From Macrostomum lignano (Eukaryota): DNA of 64,000 nt. The notes under the pieces were generated by a model that ran no database searches, was not told where the DNA came from, and was given only the letters and a program-made list of their open reading frames with translations. The position numbers and the translations under genes are program-made. The stretch spans positions 9,441 to 73,440 of the forward strand of contig NIVC01003859.1 in the NCBI GenBank assembly GCA_002269645.1, read 5' to 3'. Within the stretch, counting starts at the first letter, position 1. Each line of letters opens with the position of its first letter. This document shows, one piece after another, positions 1 through 11,366 of the stretch.

Positions 1-1023
1 GAATCGCTGAAACGTTTGACCTGCATTACGAAGACCAAATGGCATGCGGATCCACTCGTAAAGACCGAACGGTGTGATGATTGCTGTCTTCGGTATGTCC
101 TCTTCGGCGATTGGAATTTGATGATAGGCTCGCACCAGATCCAGCTTGGAGAAAACCTTGGCACCGTGGAGATACCGTGTGAAACACTGGATATGAGGCA
201 CGGGATAATGATCCGGCTGGGTGATCTTGTTTAGCTGTCGATAGTCTCCGCAGGGTCGCCACTTACCATTGGGTTTGCCGTCGTCCTTCTTAGGAGCCAT
301 GTGCAGCGGTGATGCCCAAGAGCTCGACGACGGCCGGAGGTACCCGGCTTCCAAGAGTTGCCGAAACTCTTCTCGGGCGATGGCGAGCTTCTCCGGATGC
401 AGCTGTCGGGCTTTGGCGTGCGTCGGTGGTCTATCGCTCGTGATGATGTGGTGCTTCGTGTCATGTTTAACTTCGGTGGCCGGAGGTAGCCTCCCTCCTT
501 CGACGCACGTGAAGGTGCTGCGGTAACGATCGATGAGTGCGCGTACACGAGGATCGCAGTGGTCTGGATACGCCAGCGACACGGCGAGTTCATCGAGGTC
601 CACTGCGGTAACCGGCAGAGATGGCGTATGTAGTCTCGTTGTAGGGTCAACTAGTCGACGCCCCTTGCAGTCGACGATCAATTCGAAATGACTGAGGAAG
701 TCGTACCCCAGGATAGGTTGTACGACGGATGCGACCAGGAACGTCCAGCGGAATTCACGACGGAGTCCTCGGATGTTGACGTCGAGCGAGATCTCTCCAG
801 CGACCGGTATCGATGCACCGGTGGCGGTGGTCAGGCGAAATCCGGTCTCCTGAAGGTCCCGGTGGAATTGCTTCTGCGGAATTATCGACACTGCTGCGCC
901 GGTATCGACCAGGAACGGGTAGTACTTGCTGTCTATCTTGATATCCACCACCAGGAATTTCTTGCTCGCCGCCGGGGATGATGCACTGCTCACTGCGGCA
1001 AGTTGGGCAGTGCCCTCTAGTTT
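1..1023 (-). CDS. pol: Pol N-terminus (aspartic protease plus N-terminal RT) in the -1 frame relative to gag; absent from the ORF track
   Basis: Manual translation is open for 341 codons to base 1: [12 protein letters not shown] (protease), [59 protein letters not shown] (RT). Confidence 0.92.
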
Positions 1024-1916
1024 GACGGCTGACGTGTCGGAGAGGCTGACCTGGACTGTGCAGGTGTCTTTTCGTGAGTACTCAGAATTCGCGGCCGCCT
1101 ACCACCCAAGGCGGACGGGAAACGACACCACGGTCGGCAGGTAAGCGCGCGTTCACCGTAGTAGATGTGGGCCCGGCAGACGACCGGACGCTGTCCTGGC
1201 TTGAACGGGGTGACGCTTGTCTGTGGCTGCAGTTGTCGGCGTGGCAGTTCGTCCCGTCTGGAGTTGATGGTCGGCGGTGGCGTCGGCTGTACAGCGCTGA
1301 CTGAGCTCGCCGAGCTCTGGTAGCTGACCATGAAATCAGCGATTTCAGCGAGCTTCTCTGGCGATTCCTGCTGGAAGCCTGATAGTGCGACTCGTAGCTC
1401 ACTGGGCAGGCAGCGGATGAGAGTCGCCTTGAGCATGTCGGAGCAGGAGCCCATGCCGCACTGAGCCATCTTGGCGCTGAGCTTCTTGACGAAGATTGAA
1501 GGCTTGTCGCCACCTAGATCGGACGTGGCCAGGATCTCGTTGATCTTCTCCTGCTGACTCTTCTGCAGAAGGTTGGAGATGGCGGCTTCAAGCGGCTCGT
1601 ACTGTCGAGGCGTTGATGTCGTGATCAGCATCGACGAGATATCCTCCGGCAGGTGCGCAACCAAGTAGTGGTACTTGGTCTCGTCCGAAGTTATGCGCGC
1701 TAGGTGGAATTGCGACTCTAGGGTCCGGAACCAAGCTTCCGAATTGTTCCGGTACAGCGGCGGAACCTTAACGGACACGGCGGACACGCTTGGCTCAAGT
1801 ATCGGTGGTGTATGTTGAACAGGTAGCTGCCCAGTGGGGTTGAGCACCGGGGCCTGGTTGTTGTCGGCGGCTGCTGCGGCCTGCTGCGATAGCTGCGGAT
1901 CGCTTTCGTCGGCCAT
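1017..1916 (-). CDS. gag: Gag (299 aa) of the CsRn1-type Gypsy element
   Basis: Open ORF with [21 protein letters not shown] capsid-like N-terminus, LGGDKPS motif and C-terminal CHCC knuckle. Confidence 0.9.
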   Translation of the reverse strand: MADESDPQLSQQAAAAADNNQAPVLNPTGQLPVQHTPPILEPSVSAVSVKVPPLYRNNSEAWFRTLESQFHLARITSDETKYHYLVAHLPEDISSMLITTSTPRQYEPLEAAISNLLQKSQQEKINEILATSDLGGDKPSIFVKKLSAKMAQCGMGSCSDMLKATLIRCLPSELRVALSGFQQESPEKLAEIADFMVSYQSSASSVSAVQPTPPPTINSRRDELPRRQLQPQTSVTPFKPGQRPVVCRAHIYYGERALTCRPWCRFPSALGGRRPRILSTHEKTPAQSRSASPTRQPSN

Positions 1917-1929
1917 GACGACTCACCGG

Positions 1930-2102
1930 ACCAGTTCTATAACGTATGATGAAGTAAACATCATACGTTATAGAACTTTCGCAAAGGTCACTACAGTAGT
2001 ATCAACAAGTTTTATTCTACATTTAAATTCATTTCTTATCTTGCTTTATTGTCGAACTACTTTCGGTACGTCATTTTCATTTACCTAGTTGGTGCACTTA
2101 CA
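1930..2102 (-). repeat. Probable 5' LTR (~170 bp) of the CsRn1-type element
   Basis: Begins TGTAAG, contains AATAAA and is followed by TGG(T) at a PBS-like position just before the gag ATG. No canonical CA end; the partner LTR is outside the window. Confidence 0.55.
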
Positions 2103-2280
2103 GAAAACATAGAAACATTAAATGCCGTTTCTTGTCCTCAATAAACGTTGGAAAAAGTGAGCAGCAGACTAGTTGCAGAATTTTATAGCCGGACATGGCA
2201 TATTTGACAATTTGCAGCTGCTCTGGCTTGTTTACTGCCTTTTCATAAATCAACAGCAATGGTGAAAGTGAATCTAATCC

Positions 2281-2305
2281 TTCTCTCTCTCTCTCTCTCT
2301 CTCTC
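2281..2305. repeat. (CT)n microsatellite
   Basis: About 12 CT units. Confidence 0.9.
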
Positions 2306-4706
2306 CCATAATGTTAATGTTTGATTTGTTGTTAATATGGACTTTTAAAATCCCCCGTGTCTTAAATAAAAAAACGAATAATTTTTTAAGTTATGATTTC
2401 CATCAAAATGCAATTAATTAATGTTTTAAAAACATTTAAACTCAATAAATTATTTATTCTCTTATCAAATAGAATCCAACTCTAGAATATTTTTCAAGGA
2501 AGGAATACTAACTATCCTTAATATTCAATATGCATGATAATAAAGCAGTGCATTACTTTTTCAATTTAGAGAATCTAACAAGGAAATAAATATAATTTAG
2601 TACAGTACCATTGTAAGCAAAAAACCATAAGCTTACAGGTACAATTTTTTGTAAAGATAGATACAGCTGAAAAATTAAAATTTGACAAAAGAATACCACA
2701 AACACTAAAAATGGGGAGAAAAAGTATAACAAACATTGGCATTAATAAAAAAGTAATAAATATTGCAGTTGAGCAAATGAAATTAGCAATTAAACAATGC
2801 AATGAGTTAAATGATAAATAACAAAGAAATGCTAAATAACATCTAGCAATGTATATTAAAGCAATTGAAGTGCACTCTGAGTTGAAAGGCTTACAACTCA
2901 TAAAGTACAGTTTAAATGCAATGTAACTTTTTATTTATTTGTAACTTTATAACAATAGAAATCATTACCATAAGCAATTGTATGAAAAGTTGCTATTAAT
3001 AGTCTTATGTACTTTATCTCTACTCTAAGAGCTAACTTTCTATAAATATATATGATTCCTTGTATAAAATTAGGGATTCTTTAAAAAATTCATGCTGCAA
3101 TATGCATATATCACACTCTTGACCCAAGAAAATTATTGAAAGTGGTCAACCAATTAGCACAAAAAAATTATAGACAGGGCTGTAATGGTGCAAGTGGTGT
3201 TTCGGCACACCACTTAAATTTAAATTTAAATTTTTGGAGCAGTTACACTAAAGAAAATTATTATTTTATAAAATTAAGAGAGGCTAATAAAATTAGTAGG
3301 GCTTGAATTGAATAATATGCTGTGAAGACTCAAACTTGTAAGCCAAGAAGGCTAGAATTAGGGTTAGCAATTAGGCAATTAGGCAAACTATAGACATTAA
3401 GGAATGTGTAGGTATTAAATAAATAAATCATGCAGGTGCTAATAGTAGCTTAAAACCTATCACTTGGTCCCTTAGAATGCCATAATTCTGGACATTAGAA
3501 TTAAAAAATAGTGTTTTACTGATTGGAAACTTGTTCTTATTGGAAAACTTCTCATAAATATAGAAATATTACTATAAACAATACTAATAAATTTGCCTAT
3601 TAAAACTTTGTGGCATTTGTAGGATTTTAGAAGAAGGAAGTATACCCTGCAACATATGTGCAGAATATTTATGTGCTAAAGGATTTTGGTCTGAAATAAA
3701 TGACAATAATTGTTATGTGAAGATGGTTTATATGTTGTTTATTCAAAGCATCACATACAACTTTTCAGTAAAAAGACTTCTTGGTCTGTAAGGTAGATTT
3801 TTTACTTATATGCTTGCATTTTTTAACTCATAATTTAAATGATTAGCACAATTTCTTAAATATCAAGACTTGGCAAATTATTCATAATAATAAAGGTTTT
3901 CTTAAAAGGATTGTATATAAAGAAGAGACTGTAATTTGAACTTTCACTGAGTAGCTATTCCTTTTTTGTTGGTTGAAATCATACAAAAAGTAATTAAACT
4001 AATAAAAGAAGAAGCTTGGAAATTATTAATTTAATCATCATCTTACAAAGTAAAAAAAACTTTTTGGGTGCAATTTTTTCATCAAATAATCTGCCAATGT
4101 ATTAACTTTTTTAATATAGAAATACTTGCTTGCAAATTTGAAATATCCAAAGTTCGTTCTTCATGAAGTAATCCTAACAAAATAAGTTGTGGTTTTTTTA
4201 TAAAAGCAGAATGCTTCATCATTTTATGGAAAATTGAGTTCTGACTATTAGTTTGATCATTTCATATATCAGGCATATTTAGCATTAAATCGGTACGCCT
4301 GTAGTACAGAACCTTCGGGGTAGTAAAATCACAGTGTAATAGCATTGCAAGCTGCAGTTTTTGCATGTGCGATTATTTTAAAAAATCGAATGCCAAATTC
4401 AGGACATGTACAAAAAACGATAATACAAAGAATATTTAACAAATCATCTATCACGAAAGCAAGGATGTCATTTCTATTATTATCAATTTTTTAAAATTAT
4501 TTAAAAGTAACTCCGCAGGTTTATTCTGCATTTTCATAACTAATTTTGTTATAAAAAAGGGTGTCCAATGTATCCAATGTGCCAGCTTTTATACACACCC
4601 GTTAAATGGGTTAAATTAAATTATTTTGACATAAAATTTGAAACAAACAAACAAAAGCAAGTTTATTAAAGATTTAAAATGAGTCTTAGGTCTTAAAGGG
4701 AGTATT

Positions 4707-4809
4707 ACACCACATTGTAATATGTCAACCAGTACAGAAAGTTGCTAAAGCTCTCTTTTTGGATAGAGTTAGTGCCAGAAAAACTCGCCGAGGTGGAAAC
4801 CCGTCAAAA
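4707..4809 (-). pseudogene. Continuation of the Merlin transposase fragment beyond the inserted TIR element
   Basis: After a 1-nt shift it reads FHLGEFFWH*, resembling the Merlin YLxEFxWR motif that follows HTNTIE. Confidence 0.5.
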
Positions 4810-7800
4810 GGGTGATTCTCATCGAGAGGTTTCGGAGGTTTTGAGGTTTTTCAGAGGTTTCATTTCAAACAAATATTTTCGCGCAAAATTTTTAATTCTG
4901 CACAAAATTTGAAAGGTTACTAAAATTTAGTAATGAATACAATTTTTCTTTAGAAAATAGCTCGAAGGTTTCGGATTCTTTTCAATTTTGCTTGTGATAG
5001 GTACGCGCGGAAATTATTTAACTATTTTTATACAGTGTTTTTAAAAATACACTACACACGACACTGTTAATGTCCTCGTTCCCATTGGCTTTCGCCATTC
5101 ACTATTTAATGTGCATGAATAAAATAAAAAACTTAGACAAAGGCGCTGCTTGAAATCTCATAAAACATAGACAGCTGTTTCACCCATTTTTCCGTTTTTA
5201 CTTTTGAATGCTGCCATTTTGTATTCGAATTATGTTATGACATTGACGTACTGCATGCATACTACACACATAAGTAAATAGCAGCAGTATTGCTGTCTCA
5301 ATGTTTTTTTATAAATATCTAAGTGCCTGGAATTACAAATATGCTTCTTCTAGCAAAGCATTTTACTTTTAATGATAAAATTTATTTTAATTACTAAAAA
5401 CTGTTAGATTTTCTCTTATAAATAACACTAGTTACCTTGCACAACTGTTCCTGCTGACCAAAGCGCTAACACTTTAAAATTAGTTCTTTTACAAACAAAA
5501 TGTTTGCAGTAAGACTTTGTATTTTGTACATGCATTGCACCACCTTTGTTCGATGCTAATCTATTTTGAGCAATAAGCTAGATAGCTGATACCAGTAGTT
5601 TTATTAGAGTTAAAACTAAAAAGTCATCAGACATAGTTTTTGGCATTATTTATTCGAAAATAATATAATAATATAATATAATTTAATATAATATAATATA
5701 ATTTCTTAAATTTTTAATGTGTTTTCTTCTTTAAAGATTGCAAGAGCAAATGCACAGGAAAATCATTGTTTATTAACATTTAAAATTGTTTATGAAAAGT
5801 TATAGATGAAAGTATTCAATACCTTTTATTTCAACATGATTTGTTTCTGCTGCCAGCACCAAAGCCTAAACTACTACTTGCCTGGTCTCCTGCCTGCATT
5901 CTGAGCCTATTTACTAAGCTGTGTACAGGCCAACAATGCTTCATGTTTGTCTAACCTAATAACAGGCATTATGGCATTCCATGTCCTATACCCACTTGTC
6001 GCAACTCGGTGCACCTAGCTCGCCACCCTTAGAGTTGTGGCAGACTGGTTGCTTTTGAGGTGGCAATTGGTTTGGTTATCAGCATACAGAAGATGGCTGT
6101 GCTAACCACAGCCTAGAGGCTAATCTACTGCGAACTGCCTTCAAGATGAGTGACCGAAGTTCTTCAACTGCTTGCTGGCCAACACAGGTGCTCCAGCCTT
6201 TGTTTTTGCAGGCATCGTCTTTCATATGCATTAACTCCCAAATTTAAGAACTTCACTTTCATCTGAGTAAATAAAAAGACAAGTCTTATATTCTCTCATG
6301 TACAGATTGGAAATGTGAACTTTTAAAGTGTTTTGATTTGTGTTTTGTGTTTTGATTAGTGTATAGTGTATTTATGCAATGTAACAGCAATGTATGGATA
6401 AATTTTGTATACATACTGATATTTAAAATAGAAAATGCTCCTTTGTTTTTGAAATGCATTCTTGTAATGTTCAATGTTTTAAAAAATGTAAGGCCTGAAA
6501 AAATAAGGCAAGGCCAAATTGGCAACCACCATGATGCTCATCAGCTTGGATCAAGCTTGCGCAGTTGGCCTACGCTGACTGACATTTGGATTATCTATCA
6601 GACTCAGAGTCTCGCCGCACTAAACCCTTCAAAAAACGTTAGCCAGCCTTTTTGAGATGCAGCATAGCATTCCAGGTTCAATGGGCATGTCTATGAAAAT
6701 TGCATCATAAATTGTCAAGACCACCAAGGTGAGACCTCAATATTAGGCTGAGGAACATGGGCGATGCTTCTCAGTGCGCGATTTCCGTTAAGGTCAGCAA
6801 AGTGCAATCGGGCAGCCGCATTATGTCAGTTGTAGTGAGTTCCATTTGGATGAGTAACACTTAGCTGTTGCTGCTGCTGCTGGACAAAAATGATTGGCGC
6901 GAGTTCTCTTGGCACAATTCCCGCAGGGCAATCAGGTGGGCTCTAAATTCCTCTCCAAGCTTGGCACCAGCATGCCTGACATTGCTTTTCATGGCCTCCA
7001 ATTGAGACTATCGAAACAGTTGATGCTGGAAGCCCAAAAATTCGACAATGGGACTTGGGTGCTGCAATGATGAGCAACAATGCTGAAGTTGAGCCGCATC
7101 AAAATGTCCTGTAGTTATGGGTAATAGTGAAATGAGGAATTTTATCTGTCTAATCATTGGAATGAACTTCCCTGAAAGGTCATGCTATAACTTTTGCTGA
7201 AAATTGCGCCATTAGGAATTTAGGGACACTAGCCATGTAACATGTAAGAATGTCATCACTTGCCTCAACCATTGGCTACCCTTGATCCTCACATATTGGA
7301 AAGATAGCATTATTTAGAAAATTTACTCACTTGGTGCAGTCAAGTGTAGTGAAGACCTTGGGGTGTCAAGAAAGACATTTGGTGGATTAATTTAATTGGC
7401 CTCTAGAAGCATATCATATTGTGCAATGGCGTTTTAGCAGGCCAATGCTTAGCACAAATTCCCATAGAGTTTGATGGGCTCTGGGAAGATGGCATGATTG
7501 ATCAAATAAAATACAATGTTAGTCTTATATACAAGCAAGTACTAAGCATCACAAGAAAATCTAAATATTTATAGCCTTCTCCCTAACATGGTTTGAATAA
7601 AGCATTTCATTGGCATGATAATTACTGAAGTACATGTAAATAATAAGATAATATATTGGTTTAATATTAAAACAGTTAACTTATAAAATAATAAAATTAT
7701 TATTGAATAAAAATGTGATAACTAGGCATACATAAGTAGGAGCTACTATATAATATGAATATTTGCATTAAAAGACAAAGACTAAAACAAGTTACTAAAA

Positions 7801-8683
7801 TATAAGATAATTAGAAATTTTACTCACCTATAACAATGTAAATTATAACTGAATATAAATAGCTATTAATAAACTATATTTAAAATTTAAATTGTAAAAA
7901 ATTCAGATCATTAGAGCCTTCAATTTTATAGGTAGAGGTAGAGCAGTAAAATGAATAAATTTTGCCACTTTCAAAGTTTTGTGAAGGAGATTTTCCCTAG
8001 GATTAGAGACCTAGGTAATAAAGATTTTTATGCTATGTGCAGTGTGTTAGGATTTAGGATAATGATGTAAAAATAAAAAATATGCTTGTAAAGTAAAATG
8101 TAAAATAATAATATTAAATAATTGAAATATATTAAAATATAAAATTATTATACATTCTAGATGACTAGTTAAATGGTTAGGGCTTTTTTATGACTAGGTC
8201 TATATTATTAGTAGGGCTGGCTTAAAAATTGATAGCTTTCTAACCAAAGACTAAGTCAAAAACAATATGAAATTTGTATAGGTAAATAGTGTCTGTATTT
8301 AATCACATGGACAGGTCTAGTAAAAATTAAAATTAGGATAGTTACGAATATGCATTGAAAAGGAACAACACACATTTGCGAGTATTCGCAACTTTGGGCT
8401 AATGAAATGAAAAGAAAACAATATGAAAATAATGCATAAAATGACATTACTAAGTCTTCCCTTAAAAACAGTTAAATAATTTCCGCGCGTACCTATCACA
8501 AGCAAAATTGAAAAGAATCCGAAACCTTCGAGCTATTTTCTAAAGTAAAATTGTATTCATTACTAAATTTTAGTAACCTTTCAAATTTTGTGCAGAATTA
8601 AAAATTTTGCGCGAAAATATTTGTTCGAAATGAAACCTCTAAAAAACCTCAAAACCTCCGAAACCTCTCGATGAGAATCACCC
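4810..8683. mobile_element. 3.87-kb non-autonomous long-TIR DNA transposon (Mutator/MULE-like)
   Basis: ~213-bp TIRs (4810-5023 and 8470-8683; about 3 mismatches seen) starting GGGTGATTCTC. 9-bp flanks CCGTCAAAA and AAGTCAAAA match at 7/9. No recognisable transposase inside. Confidence 0.7.
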
Positions 8684-8790
8684 AAGTCAAAATGGTTGTC
8701 ACTGGTACCATGCTGACTACAAAACTTTGCCTTCATGTGGGCCCAGGTGCCTTCAATGGTATTTGTGTGCACAGTTGGGTCTGAGTTGAC
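8684..8790 (-). pseudogene. Merlin/IS1595-like DDE transposase C-terminal fragment (upstream piece)
   Basis: DPTVHTNTIEGTWAHMKAKFCSQHGTSDNHFD matches the HTNTIExxW motif of Merlin/ISXO2 transposases and stops exactly at the TIR. Confidence 0.7.
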
Positions 8791-9128
8791 TATTAAATGA
8801 TAGGTTGTCAGCCAATACATAGTCGACTCAGCATCAACTATTAACAGCACCAGATTGCATGGTGACTGATCTCAAGGTCACAGGTCAGCCAATGGCTGCA
8901 AATTGGTAGAAGGTACAATATTATAAGCACTTGAGGTCATCTGGCCATGATTTACGCTGAATATAATGAAAATCGGGTCAAAATAATTTTACATGAGAAA
9001 CTAAGACATTGCCTAAATGTTAAATATGAGTATAACTATAATTGTAGTATTTGACTAAAATTTAACAACTTTGTGGTATAGACAGTTGTATACCATACCA
9101 TGCATGCAGTTATTCCAATATGGTGTAA

Positions 9129-9736
9129 GACCAAGATGGCCACACACCAAGATGGCCACACACCAAGATGGCCACAACATTGAATATTTATTATATCTAC
9201 TCTCTTTTTCTATCTATCATTAATTAGCAATATAATAGGCCTATATTAAATTATTTTTGTTTAATCAATTATATTCATAAATACTGATACAATAATAGAT
9301 TTGAAACTAATTAGGCCTACTTATAATACAAAACCTTTAATCTTTTTAGTGTCTGTGCCAATTTATTCTCTATCATCACATCTATCAAATCTATCATGAT
9401 CTGTTTATTAAGAAACTATTGCTAATGGTAATGCTAGCTATGCAAATAATTAGGATAAATATGTGAATGTCATAGGGTATTTATTTTGTGCTAGGTTACT
9501 ACTCTCTTCATATAGTAGATAAATAGATAGGCCTCTATAGGTCAGGCTACAATAAAAGCTAGGCTTAAGTCCAAAGGAAATGATTATATTTATAATACAA
9601 TTCTAGATATAATAATATCTATTTTCCTAATTACTAGGCTAAAAAAGGAAAGGAGTTAAATATATGTATCTAGTCTTATTATTATCTATTTAGACATTTA
9701 GAGCTATGGCCATCTTGGTATGTGGCCATCTTGGTC
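9129..9736. mobile_element. MITE-like segment bounded by inverted ACCAAGATGGCCAC repeats
   Basis: Three direct 16-bp copies at 9130-9176 and two inverted copies at 9707-9736, with AT-rich interior. No clear TSD. Confidence 0.45.
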
Positions 9737-11366
9737 ATGCAGCCATTAGACTAAAGCACAATTAATATCATTTGGTAAAGGAATAGTGAAAATCAGTTCA
9801 GCTTTTTGGCCTTGAAAGATAACCAGGCCCAACTACAAATGTAAGCAAGATTTTGGTGTATTAGACTAGGCCCTAGCTAAGGGAAATAGTTTGCTAGTAA
9901 ATAAAAAGTAATTATTTCTTACCTCTTATACTAACTGATGCTTTTCTTCTATTGTTATAAACTCCCATGGTGCCACTAAGTTGTTGCAGGTTTAATTTGT
10001 TTTTTTTGCTTAAGAGAATTCTGCAGATGTCACAAATGATATTTAATGCATAATACCTAATATCCTACTAATCTTGGCCTCTCTAGTCTTTGTATATTCT
10101 TACTTAGGTCTCTCAACCTCAATGTCAAGGATCTTCAGAGACTACTATAACAATAACTAAGTCTTGCAAAGAAATTTTCAACCTTAGAAAATTTTCTTTC
10201 TTAAACAGATGACTATAGACTATAGAGTAAGAGAACTCAAGTGATTAAAACAAAAAACAGTAATAGAAATGGTATATTTAATTTTTTGGCCAGGTAGGGC
10301 CTTTGTATACATTTTAGGGTTATACACTATTGGCTACAGTAAGTTTAAACAAATTTGATGATTAAAAAAAAATTCTTGTATTTTAAACAAAATTTTTGAC
10401 TGTTTCTGATTGGTTTAAAATATTAAAGAAAACTTTGGCTCTTAGTAAAGCCTACCTACTTAAAGTAGAAACAAATGAGCATATGAGTAAAAATGCCCCT
10501 ATTACTTTCATAATTATTATGCAATTGTTATGCAATTTAAAGCAAATATTTATCTTGGTATCCACAGCTATTTTCTTATCAGTTAATTGGCTCTGCTCTG
10601 ATGCATTGGTTATGAGTCTCCTTTGTGTGTATATTGAACAATAAAATCTGGCTTAGATCAAATTAAATTCAAAAAGCTAGTTTAACATATTTTTTCAAAT
10701 ATTTGATCTCTTTAGCAATGATTTAGAGATTATTAAAAATATGTAGGCCAATTTGGGCACATTTGACATCTATTGAGCCATTCTTTAAGGAATTCTTAAA
10801 GGAAGGAAAGGTAAAGGAATGGTGAAAATCAATTGATTCATTCTTTAGATAATTAATTACAAACATATAAGCAAACAAGCAAGATTTTCATTTTTTGTAT
10901 ATTAGATTAGAAGAAAAAGATGTGTGTATATTTATATAAGCTTATGTTTTATTATATGTATTACACCCTATTGCAGCCAACGGGCATTGTTATAGATAGC
11001 ATTTGGCACAGATTGGCCCTAGTAATGTAGGCATAGTCTGGTTTAGGGAAGGGGGTATCTAGTGTGGTTTAGACTTGGCTACAATAGGGGTATGACACAT
11101 TGGCATTAAAGTTGCATTTGAAGGACCTGCAAACCATTGCTTCTTCTTTAAAATCTCTGTTTAACTTCAGTTACTTTAGCAACAGGGTTCGATTCCAAGT
11201 TCAGTTGCATTAATTTGGGGCTAAATTGGTCTCTTGAAATTGCTTATTGCCTGTTTCATTATTAGAAAATCACAAGATGATAACTTTTGCTCTGCTTCTG
11301 TTCAATTATTCTCAATTTACCATATACTACACTCATAAATTTCTAACAAACTTTGTGCATGCACTC

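Larger units (their letters stand above)
1..2102 (-). mobile_element. 5' part of a Ty3/Gypsy LTR retrotransposon, CsRn1/Kabuki-type (LTR, gag, start of pol); continues beyond the window start
   Basis: Gag has the CHCC motif Cx2Hx9Cx3C ([18 protein letters not shown]) typical of the CsRn1 lineage. A -1-frame pol with protease and RT follows, and a TGTAAG LTR-like start lies at 2102 on the minus strand. Confidence 0.9.

Noticed and set aside
2575-2901. 108-aa ORF and similar AT-rich ORFs (6286-6655, 10396-10644)
   Set aside because: Low-complexity AT-rich composition, no motif and no splice support.
3190-3213. 9-bp hairpin as a Helitron 3' end
   Set aside because: No CTRR terminus follows, and there is no other Helitron evidence.
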